Assembly: GCA_951406725.2 (NCBI GenBank) | Contig: OX597820.1 | Span: forward strand, 108,128,001-108,192,000 | Direction of reading: 5' to 3' | Source: Octopus vulgaris | Lineage: Eukaryota | DNA: 64,000 nucleotides | Made by a program: the position numbers and the translations under genes | Shown here: positions 36,170 to 49,478 of the stretch, piece after piece | Layout of the letters: each line of letters starts with the position of its first letter | Position numbering within the stretch: the first letter of the stretch is position 1 | Notes under the pieces: generated by a model | Told to the model about the DNA's origin: nothing | Databases searched by the model: none | The model's input: only the letters and a program-made list of their open reading frames with translations

Positions 36170-36800
36170 TAAGGGAAGGGACTTTACACCAGCCATGGAT
36201 TTGGTCTGTGGCACTCAGTAAGCTGTCTCGCAGGAATTCCCAGCTGCCTTCTATGTCACAGGACTGTAGCTCCTTCTTCCTCTCATCAAATTTCTCAGTA
36301 AGTATATCCCTAAATCTCTGACCATGTAAGAGGTTCTTAAGATTCCAAGTCTTTCATTTCCAGATTGGACTGCTTTTTGTCATCCTTCTGGACTCTAGTC
36401 TAAAGCCACTAATAACTAGTCTATGCTGGGAGTGGGGTACATTCTTCATCTGGGAGGGTTTTTGTATTTAAGAGCAACCATGCATCCCGCTGTTTGGTGA
36501 TGATGAAATTGATCTGGCTAGCAGAATCACCTGTTTGATAGGTTATCAGGTGACTGGCTGGCTTCCTGAAGTTGGTGTTGCAGATCAATAGGTTGTTTGC
36601 ATCGCAGAACTCCAGGAGCCTAGTGCCCTCTTCACTTCTGGTACCAATTCCATGGTCCCCATGTGCACCATGGATAGTACCTACCTTTCAATGTGCCTAC
36701 ATTTACAGTGCCAACTCTGAAAACTGGAAACAAGATAGGAGACGTAACACAAGAAGGATAACTGTTATTTAGCACCTGAAAAGAAGGTTCCCGTGATTGT
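36170..36800 (-). mobile_element. Divergent RTE LINE endonuclease-region remnant with internal deletion
   Basis: SFQV...FRVGTVNVGTLKGR fused to GTRSEEGTRLLEFCDANNLLICNTNFRKPASHLITY. Confidence 0.8.
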
Positions 36801-37412
36801 TTGGTAACATACGTCATAACAGTTGTTCTTGCTTTTAACCTACCATCATTCAAACATCTTAGAATTGTATAAGGCTGTTGCCTCTACTGTGGGGTAGGAG
36901 TAATGAAGCATTGTATATGAAAGTGTTTGGGGTGTTGTAAATATAAGTGTTACGAGCATTGTGGATGTAAGCATTACTGATGCAGAGACAGTGTAGCTGA
37001 ATTGTTTAGAAAGTGAAATTGTGTTCACAAATGCACCAAGAAGATTTGAACTGAAATTCTCATTTACATATGAATGGTTCATAACACGCAAATTAACTTT
37101 TGGGCTGCTTTGGGCAGGTTGGTTTTGAAAGTGTTAGCATATAGTTACTGTATGGCTATGTTTACAACCGAATGCACATATATATATACACTAATACAGC
37201 CAGCGATGTGCATGCACATACAGCTATACAGCACACCTAAAAAATAAAACACACATCCATAGTGCACACAAACACCCACAACTCCATAAACAGAAACACA
37301 CACAGCTATGCTGGTAGACCCAAGCAGAGTATTGGGGAATGAGAGGTAATCATAATGTTTGAAGAGGAAATGTGAGGAAGAGAAGAGATGCAGTGTGAGA
37401 AAGAAAGATGTA

Positions 37413-38566
37413 TTAGGTTGTCAAGAAAGTCCTTACGGTTTTTAACCTTTAAATTCAGATGCACATATCTCGGCTCAAACAAAATTTTATTAATCGAAAT
37501 AAACACCATTAGAATCAACACTCTTTTGCCAATGCGAAATAAGTTTATTTATGCCAGTAGCATAAAAATCCTGTGTTCTGGTGGCGATGAAGTTGTTCAA
37601 AGCGTGTTTGGCCTTGTTTTGGTTTTTGAAGCATTTCTCACGCAGGAAGTTGTCGAGATGCTTGGAAAAGTAGTAGTTGGTAGGTGTGAGGTCTAGTGAG
37701 TATAGCAGATGAGGCAGAGTTTCCTAGCCCAATTTGTTCAACTTCTGTGGGTCAATTGTGCGACATGCAGCTGAGCGTTGTCATGGAGAAGAATTTGTCC
37801 TTTTCTATTGACCAATGCTGGCTGTTGTCGGAGTTTCTTATGCATTTCATCCATTTGCTAACCATACTTCTCCGCCATTATGGTTTCGCCGGGATCCAAA
37901 AAGCTGTGATGGATGAGACTGGCCACAGACTACCAAACAGTCACCATAACCTTCTTTTGGTGCAACTTTGACTTCAGGAAGTGCCTTGAAGCCTCGTCAA
38001 TGTCCAACCACTGAGCTGAGCGTCGCTGGTTGTCATAAAGAATCTACTTTTCATCGCAAATTACAATCTGGTTGAGAAATGGGTCATTCTTGTAGCATAA
38101 ATGAAGGAAATATGACACTTCAAAAATGGCGGTTTTTTGGGGGGGGGGGCGGGGGTTGTCATTCAATTCATGCAGCACCCATTTCTCAAGTATTTTTGTT
38201 TTTCCAATCTCTTTCAAGTGGTTGGAAATTGTCATACATGTTACGTCTAATTCAGAAGCAAGCTTGCAAACAGTTGTGCATGAATTGGCTTCGACTAAGG
38301 CTCTTAGTTGATTATTATCAACATTCAATGGCCGACCACTGCGCTTATCATCTTCAAGACTCTCGTCACCGCTATGAAATTTTTTGAACCACCATTGTGC
38401 TGTAAGTTCATTAGTGGTTCCTGGGCCAAATGCATCATTGATATAGCAAGCTGTTTCAGCAGCTTTTTGGCCTAGCTTCAACTTGTAATTTAACGAAAAT
38501 TAATTTGAAAATACATAATTTAAAACCAAAATTAAAAATTCCACAAGAACTTTCTTGACAACCTAA
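37413..38566 (-). mobile_element. Mariner (Hsmar1/SETMAR-like, DD34D) transposon, decayed, both ends present
   Basis: TA-flanked TIRs TTAGGTTGTCAAGAAAGT / ACTTTCTTGACAACCTAA; AAETACYINDAFGPGTTNELTAQWWFKKF..LEDDKRSGRP, WVLHEL, IVICDEK, YSLDLTPTNYYFSKHLDNFL. Confidence 0.9.
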
Positions 38567-38639
38567 TAGTTTGGTTTGTTGGGGTAGGGTGTGAGAAGAA
38601 TATATTGTTAGGGTAGCTGGAACAGTGCTTCTAGAACTC

Positions 38640-40460
38640 GGATTTGCTGATGTGAGCAGTCTTCTCTAGAACCTCATATTGCCAGACATCTTGGTCCCTT
38701 GTCATTCCTCCCATGAGCCCCAACATCCTGAGATTGCTCCTTACTACTTCATCCCATGTCATCCTGGGTCTACCCTTTTCCACTTTCAGTGACTGGCACT
38801 TCTTTATATAGCTGTCTTCATTTATACACATTACATGTCCAAACCAATGCAACATTTGATTCCTTTTATGCCCAACTTTTCTCTCATGCACATTGACACT
38901 GCACATCCAGCAGAGCATACTGCCTTAATTCCTCTCTAGCCTACACATGTCCTCTGCATTCAGAGCTTATATCTCACTTCCATGAAGTTTAGCTGTTCAT
39001 ACACAAGCATCATATAGTCTACCTTTCACTCAGAGAGAGTCCTTTTGTTGCCAACAGAGGTAGTAACTCTCTGAACTTTCTCCATCCTATTCATATTCTA
39101 TAAATAGTACTTTTAGAGCATCCCTCCCCTCCATTACTAATTTGGCCCCCTAGGTAATAGAAACTATCTACTACCTCAAGAGAACCTCCTAGGCATTTGA
39201 GAGAGTCTAAGTGCTGTGTACTCTTAATGCTTATTGTTCCTGCACATCTGCCATACCCAAAGGTTAATCTGCCTGTGATTCCACTTCATCTCTTATGTGT
39301 TCATAGCTTACATTTAGTGCAGTGAATGGAATTACTTCTCACTCCTTTCTTACAAATTGAGTTGGTCCATTTACCAGACGGAAATAGTCTTATATACTTT
39401 CTCACTAATAACAATTTTGGTCTTAGTTAAGTTAAGGCCCTTTGATCCCAGATTTTTGCTTCCATACCTGGAATTTCTTCATTGGCAAATCTCTTACATT
39501 CTGCTATTGGCAAATCTCTTATATTCTGTCATTCCTTTTGCTATGTAAACCTGTTTTCTAGCTTCCCTTCTTGCTACCTAATGTAATTCTCTGCTTCGAC
39601 CATTTGTCCCGTCTTTCCAAACCTGGCTCTTTGCTTTTATGGTGCTGTCAATCTCTTTGGACTTTGCACCAGCCACATATTTGCTTTGCAGCCTTCAGTA
39701 GATTGTCCCACCGGAACTCCCAGTTGTCTTCTAAGCTATATGTTCCTACATCCTCTCTTCTTCCACTAGAATATCCCTAAATTTCTGATGATTCGCAGGG
39801 TCTCTGAGCTTCCATAAGCTCCTTTACAACACTCTTTACCTGGGAAAGACTTTGCATTTGTGAGCATCTGCCCTTCTCATTGCCTGGTGATGAGGTAATC
39901 AAAATGGCTGATAAGTAATTAGGTGGCTGGCTGGTTTTCTGAAGTCAGTGTTGCAGGTCATTTGCATCGCAGAACTCCAGTAGCCATATTCCCTCCTCAT
40001 TCCTAGGGCCAAAGCCATAACTACCATGCACTCCATGGGATCCATGGGACTGCTGCCCAACATGTCCATTAAAGTTGCAAGCCACAATAACCATTGTCTT
40101 TTCATTTTTTATTGAGGTAGTCTGCAGGAGAACCTCATAGAATTGGTCCTTCTGGTCATCAGCCAGCCCAGCTTGTGAAGCATTTGTAGAGATAAATGTA
40201 ACTGTTAATTTGTCTCTGATAAGTCTTAGCTTAGTACCCGTATCACATATGCTACTATCTCTGTTACCTTATCATCCCACTTTTCTGTTAAGTGTATGCC
40301 CGTGCCAATCACTCCTGCCTATCCAGAAGAATTTGAATTGGTTTCCTACCTGTGAGAAATCTAGCGGAAGCTCCCTTCCATCTCACTACTTGCACACTGC
40401 ACACACCTACATGGCGACACATCATCATTTCAATAATCTCACCAGACCTACCTTTTTTAT
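38640..40460 (-). mobile_element. Old RTE LINE, heavily deleted
   Basis: Remnants LHWFGHVMCINEDSYIKKC..GRPRMTWDEVV, CNTDFRKPASHLITYQ and a PHD-like region near 39250-39380. Confidence 0.8.
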
Positions 40461-40596
40461 TGCGACTGATTGTATTCATATAATATTACTGTACTATAAT
40501 ATAATAAATATTCTGTATTAAATTGACTTTTATTTATGTAATACATTTGTAAAAATTGTATTAAATGACTGGTTACTTTTTTCTGTGTCTTTCTAG

Positions 40597-40770
40597 GATT
40601 TGGTAACAGCTCAGTCAAGTGTGTCTCGACTTCAAGTCCGTTGTCAAAACCTGACAACTGAACGCGATCTATTAAAAGCGAATGAACAACGACTTGTTCA
40701 AGAGAAAGAGAACATGTTGAAAGAACAACACAGCCAAAATGTATTATTATCCAACTTACAAACTATTCAG
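40597..40770 (+). CDS. TPR: Nucleoprotein TPR, exon 9 in window
   Basis: tag|GAT...CAG|gtacat; DLVTAQSSVSRLQVRCQNLTTERDLLKANEQRLVQEKENMLKEQHSQNVLLSNLQTIQ (cf. TPR QNLLLTNLQTIQ). Confidence 0.95.
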
Positions 40771-41601
40771 GTACATTGTTCCATCTGTAATATTCTGTTC
40801 ATTTTAACATCCACTGTTTCATGCTGATATGCTCAGACAAAATTTGTTGTGACATGTTTTCTGCCACCTGTTGCCTGTCATCATTATTTATTGTTCATTT
40901 TCTGTGCTGGCATGAATTGGATGGTTGGCAGGAGCCAGTGAGCCAGAGGACTGCACCAAGCTCTGTCTGCTTTGGCATAGTTTCTATGGTTGGATGCTGT
41001 TCCTAATGCCAATCACTTTAGAGTGTACTGTGTACTTTTCACATGGCACCAGCACTAGTGAAGTCAACAAGTAACTCGCAGGTGATGAGAGGTTAAAGTA
41101 TAATAGAGGGATAGGAACGTGTGTCTTATTGTTGAGGAGATACATGGGTATCCCAGTTGGAAAAGAGAGATGGTGAAGAGGTGTTAAGGTGTAACCTCGA
41201 GTTAGAAGAATGTGAATATAAGATAAATGGTAGAGGATTAACAGGGTGAGTGGTTTGGTAAGTTTGTGAAAATGAAAGAGTGGCGGACAGATGGAGATAG
41301 AGGTGAATAATGAATCCAGCTGGGGCACTGTTAGTCATGGTCAAAGAGGAAGGAAGAAAAAGGGGGTCAGGGAGGTAACATGGCAAAAAAGATGATGTAG
41401 AATGTGGGAAGGGAGAGCATTGTACAATACTAAGGACAAAGAGAGAGATACACGAGATGGAAATAGTAGATAATTAACAGAGGTAGTGAGAGGGTAAAAG
41501 AGAAGTAAAATGGGTGTTGTGTGGGAAACAAAGTGGTGAGGGGTGCAGGAGAGAAAGGAAAGGGGTTCTAGAAAAGGTTAGTGCTATGGAGATGAAATAT
41601 A

Positions 41602-41995
41602 CTCTCTCTCTTTTACTTGTTTCAGTCATTTGACTGTAGTCATGCTGGAGCACCGCCTTTAGTCGAGCAAATCGACCCCAGGACTTATTCTTTGTAAGCT
41701 TAGTACTTATTCTATCGGTCTCTTTTGCCAAACTGCTACGTTAAGGGGACATAAACACACCAGCATCGATTGTCAAGCGATGTTGGGGGGACAAACATAT
41801 AGACACACACAAATACACACACACACTCACACACGATGGGCTTCTTTCGGTTTCCATCTACCAGATCCACTCACAAGGCTTTGGTTGGCCCGCGCTATAG
41901 TAGAAGACACTCGTCCAAAGTGCCATGCAGTGGGAATGAACCCGGAACCATGTGGTTGGTAAGCAAGCTACTTACCACACAGCCACTCCTACGCC
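41602..41995 (-). mobile_element. tRNA-derived SINE, full length
   Basis: Minus-strand head GGCGTAGGAGTGGCTGTGTGGTAAG (A box)...GGTTCATTCCC (B box), internal (TG)n, tail GGCGGTGCTCCAGCATGACTACAGTCAAATGACTGAAACAAGTAAAAGAG. Second copy at 58595-60372. Confidence 0.85.
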
Positions 41996-42159
41996 TATAT
42001 GTGCAGTTCTGAACTCATAATTATAGCAGCTTAGTGAATAATGCTGTAGTCAGAACAGTGATAGAGGTGTGGGCTTTAAAAAGTTGAGTTGTGGTGGAGA
42101 GATTTGTCAGGGACAGACTGGATCAGGAGTAGAAGCATAAATGCTATACTTTTAGGGTC

Positions 42160-42925
42160 ATCATTTTCGTTTAGACGGACAGGTTGTCTTAAGCACAGAA
42201 AATCACCACTCATTTCACCCTTTCGTTGTCTTTTCTGTGATACTCATGACCTGGAGGTCATTGTTCACTACTTTTTACCCTGTCTTCCTGTGTTTCTCTC
42301 TTCCATAAGTTCCTTTTCACATTTAGCAATTGGCCTTTTTTTTGCAGCTATCCTCATCCATGTGCATCATGTGACAATACCATCCCCATCTTCTCTTCTG
42401 CACACTACATCTGATGCCTCTTGTGACCAGTTTTTCTCAATGCATTTGCATTTTGTCATGCATGCACATTCAATGGAGCATGCTAGCTTCATTTGTTTCT
42501 ATCTTTCTCCTGTCCTCTGCATTTGTGGCCCATGTTTCACAGCTGTGTAGCATTGTTGTTTGTACACAAGCATCATATATGTCTTTCCTCTGAGAGAGAG
42601 GACACTTTTTGTTACCAACAGAGGTTATAGCGCTCTGAACTTTCTCTAGCTAGATCCCACTCTAGTTACTTCGCTTTCAGAGAATCCTCCTCCACTGTTA
42701 ATTTGGTCTCCTTGGTAACATGTTATCTCTTATGCCTAAGAATCTTCCTGGGCAACTGAGAAAATCTATTCCTCTGTATTCTTATTTAGTATTGTTCATG
42801 TGCTGCTCCCATACATAAAATCTGCTTTCTCTGCTAATCTTCTTGTGATTTCACTGCACCTCTTATATGTCCACAATTTGCACTGGATACACTGTATGGA
42901 ATTTCTACAAACATCTTTTCTACAT
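42160..42925 (-). mobile_element. Old RTE LINE RT/C-terminal remnant
   Basis: Degenerate matches to the RTE copies, e.g. GCCCATGTTTCACAGCTGTGTAGCAT and CTGCACCTCTTATATGTCCACAATTTGCACTGG. Confidence 0.7.
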
Positions 42926-44030
42926 CATGCTAAGTAAAATCATGGTCATCCATACATAGAGGCATGTCCTTTACGAGCATCTTCCCTGTCACACATTCAC
43001 AATCAGTCCTCCCTCAAAACTCTTCCACAACCAATCTTTCCAACATCTCTTCCATCCCACCACCCACTGCAGGCTGCTCCACTTTCCCTCGCATACCTAT
43101 CTGCACATACATCCCCACAACCACTCCAATTTCTCATAACACTCTCATAAAACATTTCCCTTCTAGCCCTTCTGTACCACCTATATTCCCTCCACTGTTC
43201 TCTGGGTAGATCCCAATGTATCTCCAACACTATTTCTATCTCCCTCTCTTTCTCTCATTGTCTTTCTATCTTTCCCTCTTATCCTTTTCCTACTGGCGTA
43301 GTCAAATATTTCCTCTATAGTAAGACACCTGTCTATCCCTCTATTATACTCTTACTTCTCACCTGGCACAAAGCCACTTACCTCAGTACCACTCTCTGTC
43401 TCAGCCAATAGGTCTTTGTCTTGCAAGTTACTTGGCTACCCCACAGTTGTTGGGTCACATAAAAAACACTGTGCACTTTGTAAAGTAGATGGCATCAGGA
43501 AAGGCAGCCAACCATAGAAACTGTACAATGGAGCCTGGTGCAGCTCTTTGGCTTGCAAACTCACCAACCCATGCCAGCATGGAAGGCAGATGTTAAATAA
43601 TGATGATGATGCTGATGTTGTTGCCAATGTTGCCTTTGTCCATGAGAAGGATGTGGTAACTTATTGAGCAGTAAAACTTGTAATGCTTATTTGGATCTAT
43701 GAAAGAGCCCTCTGCCTTTAGGCAGATATTTGTATAAATCCTCTTCTTTTCAGATGCTTCACTCATTCTTCCCATCCAGTCCACAAACTTAGAACAGCTA
43801 CAGTCAATGTAGGTACAATGAAATGTTGATTTGGTGAGATTGTTGAAATGCTAGAGTGAAGGTGTGTTGCTGTGGGCAAGTGGTAAAGTGTAAGGGAACC
43901 TCAGCCAGACATTCATACACCTATAAAACTTAACATCATAGAGACACTGCTGAAGATTTTGTATTCCTGTGTGGTTCAAGAGGATGCACTGGCTTCTTTC
44001 GGGCCCATGTAAGGATTACAATTTTGCAAG

Positions 44031-44829
44031 CTAGTAAAATAGTTGTACACTTGCTTTGTATATTATAATGGTATCTATTTACTGCTACATAGGTTGTTAG
44101 GCCATTGTTTTAATCATCAAAGAGACAAAACAACATAACCTCAATGAGAAGATGTCTCAGTGTTATGTAGATGAGTGATACGTTACTATCTCAGTGATTT
44201 AATGGTTTAGTTAGCTGTAATATTGAAGGTTGTATTTATTTTTAATTAGGTCTTTCCCCATTGCTTCGCTGCTAGTAAAATTATATGTGAATCATACATA
44301 TATCTTTTAACAGTAGGCTGTTACATAGTGAAAGTCTCATTAGTTATTTTGGTGACAATACTCTACTTGTCCACTGATCTATCTATCTATCTTTCTCACA
44401 CACACACACACTCTCTCTCTCTCTCTCTCTCCACAACCCTCTCCCTCTCTCTCAACAGCAACCACCATTTTTTTTTTTTCTTGAAACAAATTTAAACTAT
44501 ATCTTTCTTATATACACACTTTCTCTCAATGAATTTCTTTGTATTGTCTCCATATTGAAAGACATACAGAAACACAAGCACACATAAACAAGCAAAAAAA
44601 TAACTGTGTATTGTATAATGAAAGTTTTTTTCTTGTGAAGTCTGTGTTGTGTTGACAAACTTGCACTTAAAATTCCCATGTTTTTTATCAAAACTTGTTA
44701 GTCACTATGGTGACAACACTACCTATCTATCACACACTCTCTCAACAACAACTTTCTCCTCCCTTCTTCACCTCCTTCACATATATCTTGTGACAGACAA
44801 AAAGAGCTCATCTTCTTTTTAATATAAGA
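44031..44829 (-). mobile_element. Possible degenerate Helitron
   Basis: CTAG at the left, ...GACAGACAAA...TTTTAATATAAGAT at the right like the other Helitron ends, internal CA/CT microsatellite. No clear hairpin. Confidence 0.3.
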
Positions 44830-45770
44830 TTATCTATTTATTAGGCAGTGAGTGGTAGTATATGTAGAGTCTGGTATTTTGTATGTCTCTTAATTTTGAG
44901 TTCAAATCCTATCATGGTTGACTTTGAGTTGCACAAAATCAATAAAATAACACCAGTTAAGTACAGAGAGTGATATGAATCAAATGTGTCCACTTATGAG
45001 AAATTATGGCTTTGTGCATATGTTATAAATCATTAATCAACTCTTTGACACCAACCCACCTGACACTGCCTCTTCTTCTGTGGTACAAACTACTTGTTTT
45101 CTAGACTTCTAAGTTAAATCATTCTATTAGAATTTCTTAATTTTTGTTCCAAATACCAGGTTAATAATGCCAAAATTATTTCACTAAGTTCTACTTTCAA
45201 AATATATTGAAACAAAGAAATTTATTTCAACAAAACTATGGTAACAAAAAAGTTAAAGTTCAATGTAAGTACAAAAATATTACAATTATTACAGGTGCAA
45301 GAATTATGCACCTGATGTAAAATCAATGAATAATGCATATTATTCAGTGAATACAAGCCTATTTTGGAACTGCTATCCTCAGAAATCTTCAAATTATTCT
45401 TGAAATTTTCCAATTTATTTCCTGCTTGTTCTATTGCACTATTTTTTTTTTTAGCTTTTCCTGTATTTGTTTCTTGTAATTAGTATAGTAGCCAAGTAGA
45501 AAATGTATGAGGTTACTTGCTTATAGATTATGAATTCATACACTTGTGAAGTCATTTTATTTTGCTTCACACCAAGATATGACCTCCTAACTCTACATTC
45601 CTCAACTTGTTAAGCAAAAATGAATACCCATCACATGCAGGGTACAGCTTTCACAGCTTGTTTTTAATCGAAAAAGTCGCATCTTTATGCCAGAAAATAC
45701 AGTAACAGTTTCTATTTCATATTTACATGTGATGTTTGTCTTGAATGTTTATGTTGTTATTATTCTGCAG

Positions 45771-45911
45771 AATAACATGGAAAGAGTTGAAAAGGAAACC
45801 AAATCTCGGCTGCAACATCAAGTTGATGTTAGAGAGAAAGAATTGACTAACTTAAGAAGAAAGATGGATAATACAGAGACTGAGTTTAAGGCAACCATTA
45901 AAGCCTTAGAG
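45771..45911 (+). CDS. TPR: Nucleoprotein TPR, exon 10 in window
   Basis: cag|AAT...GAG|gtatgt; NNMERVEKETKSRLQHQVDVREKELTNLRRKMDNTETEFKATIKALE. Confidence 0.92.
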
Positions 45912-46084
45912 GTATGTCATGATGATGATGCTCTTAGTTTGACTCTAATTTCGCTAGCATTGAAATAAAGTTAAAGGCTAATACTCAGATTTCATAACAT
46001 GATACCATACATATAAGAATATTGTCACTTTAGTGATTTTGACCAAAGTGGTTCTACTGTTGTTTGATATCTAAATAGGTATCA

Positions 46085-46480
46085 CCTAGGTGTTGACAGA
46101 TGGCTTGTGAGAACTGTAGAGGTCATGTACAAGGATGCAATAAGTTAATTGAAAGGTCTTATGATAAACTTAGCAAAGATGAAAGTTTTAGTTAGTAGGA
46201 ATGAAGACATTACCCTAGTACCTTTAGGGAAATGGCCTTGCTCAATATGCAGAAAAGGAGTCAGTATAAACTCCATATGTTGTACTCAATATAGCTGTGG
46301 ACACAAGATGTGGATTTGCAGACAGACTAGCAGAGAACCTATGCAATAGATGCACTGGAACAATATATTCATATATGAACACAGCAGAAATAGACCCCCT
46401 TGATTGCCTCGATGGCTCAGTAGTAATTGATACCTTTTGTTACGTAGCAGACATAATTAACTAAGGTAGCTGCTCTGAAA
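46085..46480 (+). mobile_element. Old RTE LINE RT/PHD remnant
   Basis: KGLMINLAKMKVLVSR...[21 protein letters not shown]. Confidence 0.75.
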
Positions 46481-47636
46481 ATATCTATGCATCTTGTATG
46501 TATATACATATTGTACTCTTCAACTTAATACTTTAGCTTAATATAACTTTTATTCCCCTCTTTGTTCATTGATCCCCGCCAACACACCAAGACCAAATCC
46601 CCAATTATCTCCTCCTCTCTCACCATATGTCACTCACTCTCTTCATGCACTGCACCCCCTCTATCCTTTCTCCACACACTCCTGCAACCACTACCATGTG
46701 ATTTCTCTCTAATCCCTTCTCCAGTCTTACTATTTTGCTGCTCCACCCTTTCAGTCATTGCCTACTCTCCCTTAACTCATGCATCATTGGCCATCCACTA
46801 TTCACTACATCTGCCCTTCAACCTTAATCTCTACAGTTGTTGCCTACTTTTCCTCACCCATTCCCCATCTCTCCCTGCCTCAAACTCTTTTGCAACTTCT
46901 ACTCAGTCACACTCTTGATCCTTCTATTCCACTCACTTCTTCCCACCTCATACCTCGAGAGTCTACCTAAACACTTCATCACCACTATTTTTTTATCTCT
47001 TTCATTCTTTCCAACTTCAATCCAACCCTCTTTTTTAAAGTGAGTAGTCCTGTAGATCCTCTATAGCAAGAAACTTTTTCTACTCTGATCTCTTCTAGTC
47101 TAAAGCTGCCCTTCTGGGGTTCCTATCTTTCAAGCTGCATATCAACCTCACTGTTGTTGGTAGCACAAAAAAAACAAAAAAACTGTACATGCTGCAATGT
47201 CATTGGCATTAGGAAGAGTATCCAGCCATAGTAACCATGTCAAAATAGACAGTGGAGCACAAATCAATCCTTGGGCTCGTCAGGTCTTGGCAAACTATCA
47301 ATCCCATGCCAGTATGGAATAAGCATGTTAAATGATGACGCCTACTCTACTGTCTGCTTTAGTCTTCTAATTATAGTGTCATTTTTATATAAGTTGAAGA
47401 TGATCATCAGGGAAAGCATGATTGTGACATCATAATTCTGCCTGCTTCCTGTTCCTTATTTCATTAATCACCTGTTTAAGGATAAATACAATTAATACAG
47501 CCAGTTGATGAGATATTGTTCAAGTGAATATATGATAACATCTACTAAGGAGAAAAATTTTAAGATCATTGTGAATGATTTGTTTTAATCCATCAGTAAA
47601 ATGCTAAGATATTTCTTTTCCTAAATATTATTGTAG

Positions 47637-47802
47637 ACCAAAATGAATGACCTACACCGTCAGTTGGACCAAGAAGTTCAGTCTCACCAAAAGTCTAAAG
47701 ACACAATTATTGAAATGACACGTCGAGTAAATACTCAGAAACAGGAATTGGCAGCTACACAGGCAAAACTCGCATGTGCTGAAACTAAACTCTCTAAATC
47801 AT
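47637..47802 (+). CDS. TPR: Nucleoprotein TPR, exon 11 in window
   Basis: tag|ACC...T|gtaagg; TKMNDLHRQLDQEVQSHQKSKDTIIEMTRRVNTQKQELAATQAKLACAETKLSKS; ends in phase 1. Confidence 0.88.
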
Positions 47803-48877
47803 GTAAGGAACATTATTATTAGTATTGGTATTAGCATTGTTATCGTTGGGATGAGGGTAGATGCTTGACAGAATTTTTACAGTATTTTTGATTCTTTGTT
47901 CTAGGTTAAAATCTCACTGAGGTCAGGTTTTCCTTTCAACCTTTCATACAAGTACTGTGATTAGTAGTATTGAGTAGCCCCTTACTCTCTAAACTGCTGG
48001 CTTTGTGCCTAAATTAGAAACAATTATTACAATGATGGGAGGAAATTGGTGAATCGGCAGAATTGTTAGAGCACTGGGAAAAAAATACTTTCCAATATTT
48101 GTTCTAGCTTTTCACATACTGGGTTCAACTCCTGCCAAAGATAGATTTGCCTTTCATTCTTCCAGGGTTGATAAAATAAAGCACCAGTCAGGTACTGGGG
48201 AGTGATTCAATTTACCGATTCCTCCACAAAATTTCAGGTCTTGTACCTTTATTATGAATGATTATTACTGTTGGGATTAAATAGTTAGATCAGAGAAACA
48301 GGAAGGTGACTGGTTTTGTTATGCATTCTAAGTTCAAATCCTGTTGCTAAGTGGCAAGATTAAAACCCATTCTGAGCTCCTTATTCAATAGTGTTAACAG
48401 ATGAAAAATATGAGTAATAAATCCCTCCTTGGATAGAATGTTAGTCTGTTATTTTATGTCTTCAGATCTGTTAACACTGCATGTTTCTATATCTAGGTGT
48501 CTTAAGAGTTAAATGCTTTTTTTCCAGACACATTAGAATACCAGAAGCAGATATGATTTCATAATACACAAGCTTGTAGTCTTTAGTCATCATGCTGCTA
48601 CTCTATCTGTTGATATTCCTGCAAAATGGAAGCAACCATTCACATTTATGATTAAGATGACTAAATGTCTATAGTTTTTTGTGGCTTTGATTACCTTGTC
48701 ACTAATACTGGGATCTTATTATATTATATGCCAAATGTTATGTTGCAAATAATAAAATAATCTACCTTATACTTTTGTAGCACTTCTTTTGCATTCATTA
48801 GGTGGAGGAGCAGTGACATTTTAGTAATATGTTGGGTGATGTATAATTTGGTTAATTATTTCTTTCTAAATTTTTAG

Positions 48878-48994
48878 ATGGCAGCATGGAAGTGAGTAGC
48901 AATACAACTTCATTACAATTTAATATTGATGGAGAATCGTTAGCAGTGAAGGATTTGCGGTCTCGCTTGAATGACTCACAGACTGAAATAAAAG
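48878..48994 (+). CDS. TPR: Nucleoprotein TPR, exon 12 in window
   Basis: tag|AT...G|gtgat, phase 1/1; GSMEVSSNTTSLQFNIDGESLAVKDLRSRLNDSQTEIK. Confidence 0.85.
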
Positions 48995-49478
48995 GTGATT
49001 TTTATTATATAAATTTTACTGTTGAAGTTTATTGCAAAACCTTTCTCTGTTTCTTTCTCTCCATGAAAGTAATATGCTATTATACTCTTCATTATTGGCT
49101 GCAATAGCTCTCTATTTAGAAATACTTTTTTTGTGTGTGGTGGGGTTACATCAAATGAATAACATTAAGCATAATTTAAGTTTCAGAGATTGATAGAGAT
49201 GGTGCTAAGATGCAATATTGGTCAAAAGAATCCATAGAATTCAAAGCATTGCATCACAAGTAAAATTAAACTTAGATTCTATACATATAAAACCAATGAT
49301 AGAATACAATAAACACTAGTTTATATAAAACTAGTTACATTCTTTACATAGAAAACTAGTAATAGAATACAGTAAGCACTGGTTAATATAACGTCATATT
49401 CTTTACATATAAGACCAATGATATAATACTTAAGTTAATATAACACTAATATTCTTTATATATTTAAAATTAGCAATA

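Noticed and set aside
41925-41995. tRNA gene (also ~58595-58665)
   Set aside because: A/B boxes are present but continue into a repeated SINE body, with no complete cloverleaf or oligo-T terminator.
49270-49470. Short degenerate AT-rich tandem repeat (similar case at 27860-28000)
   Set aside because: Few diverged units with no structure or coding signal; ordinary local duplication.
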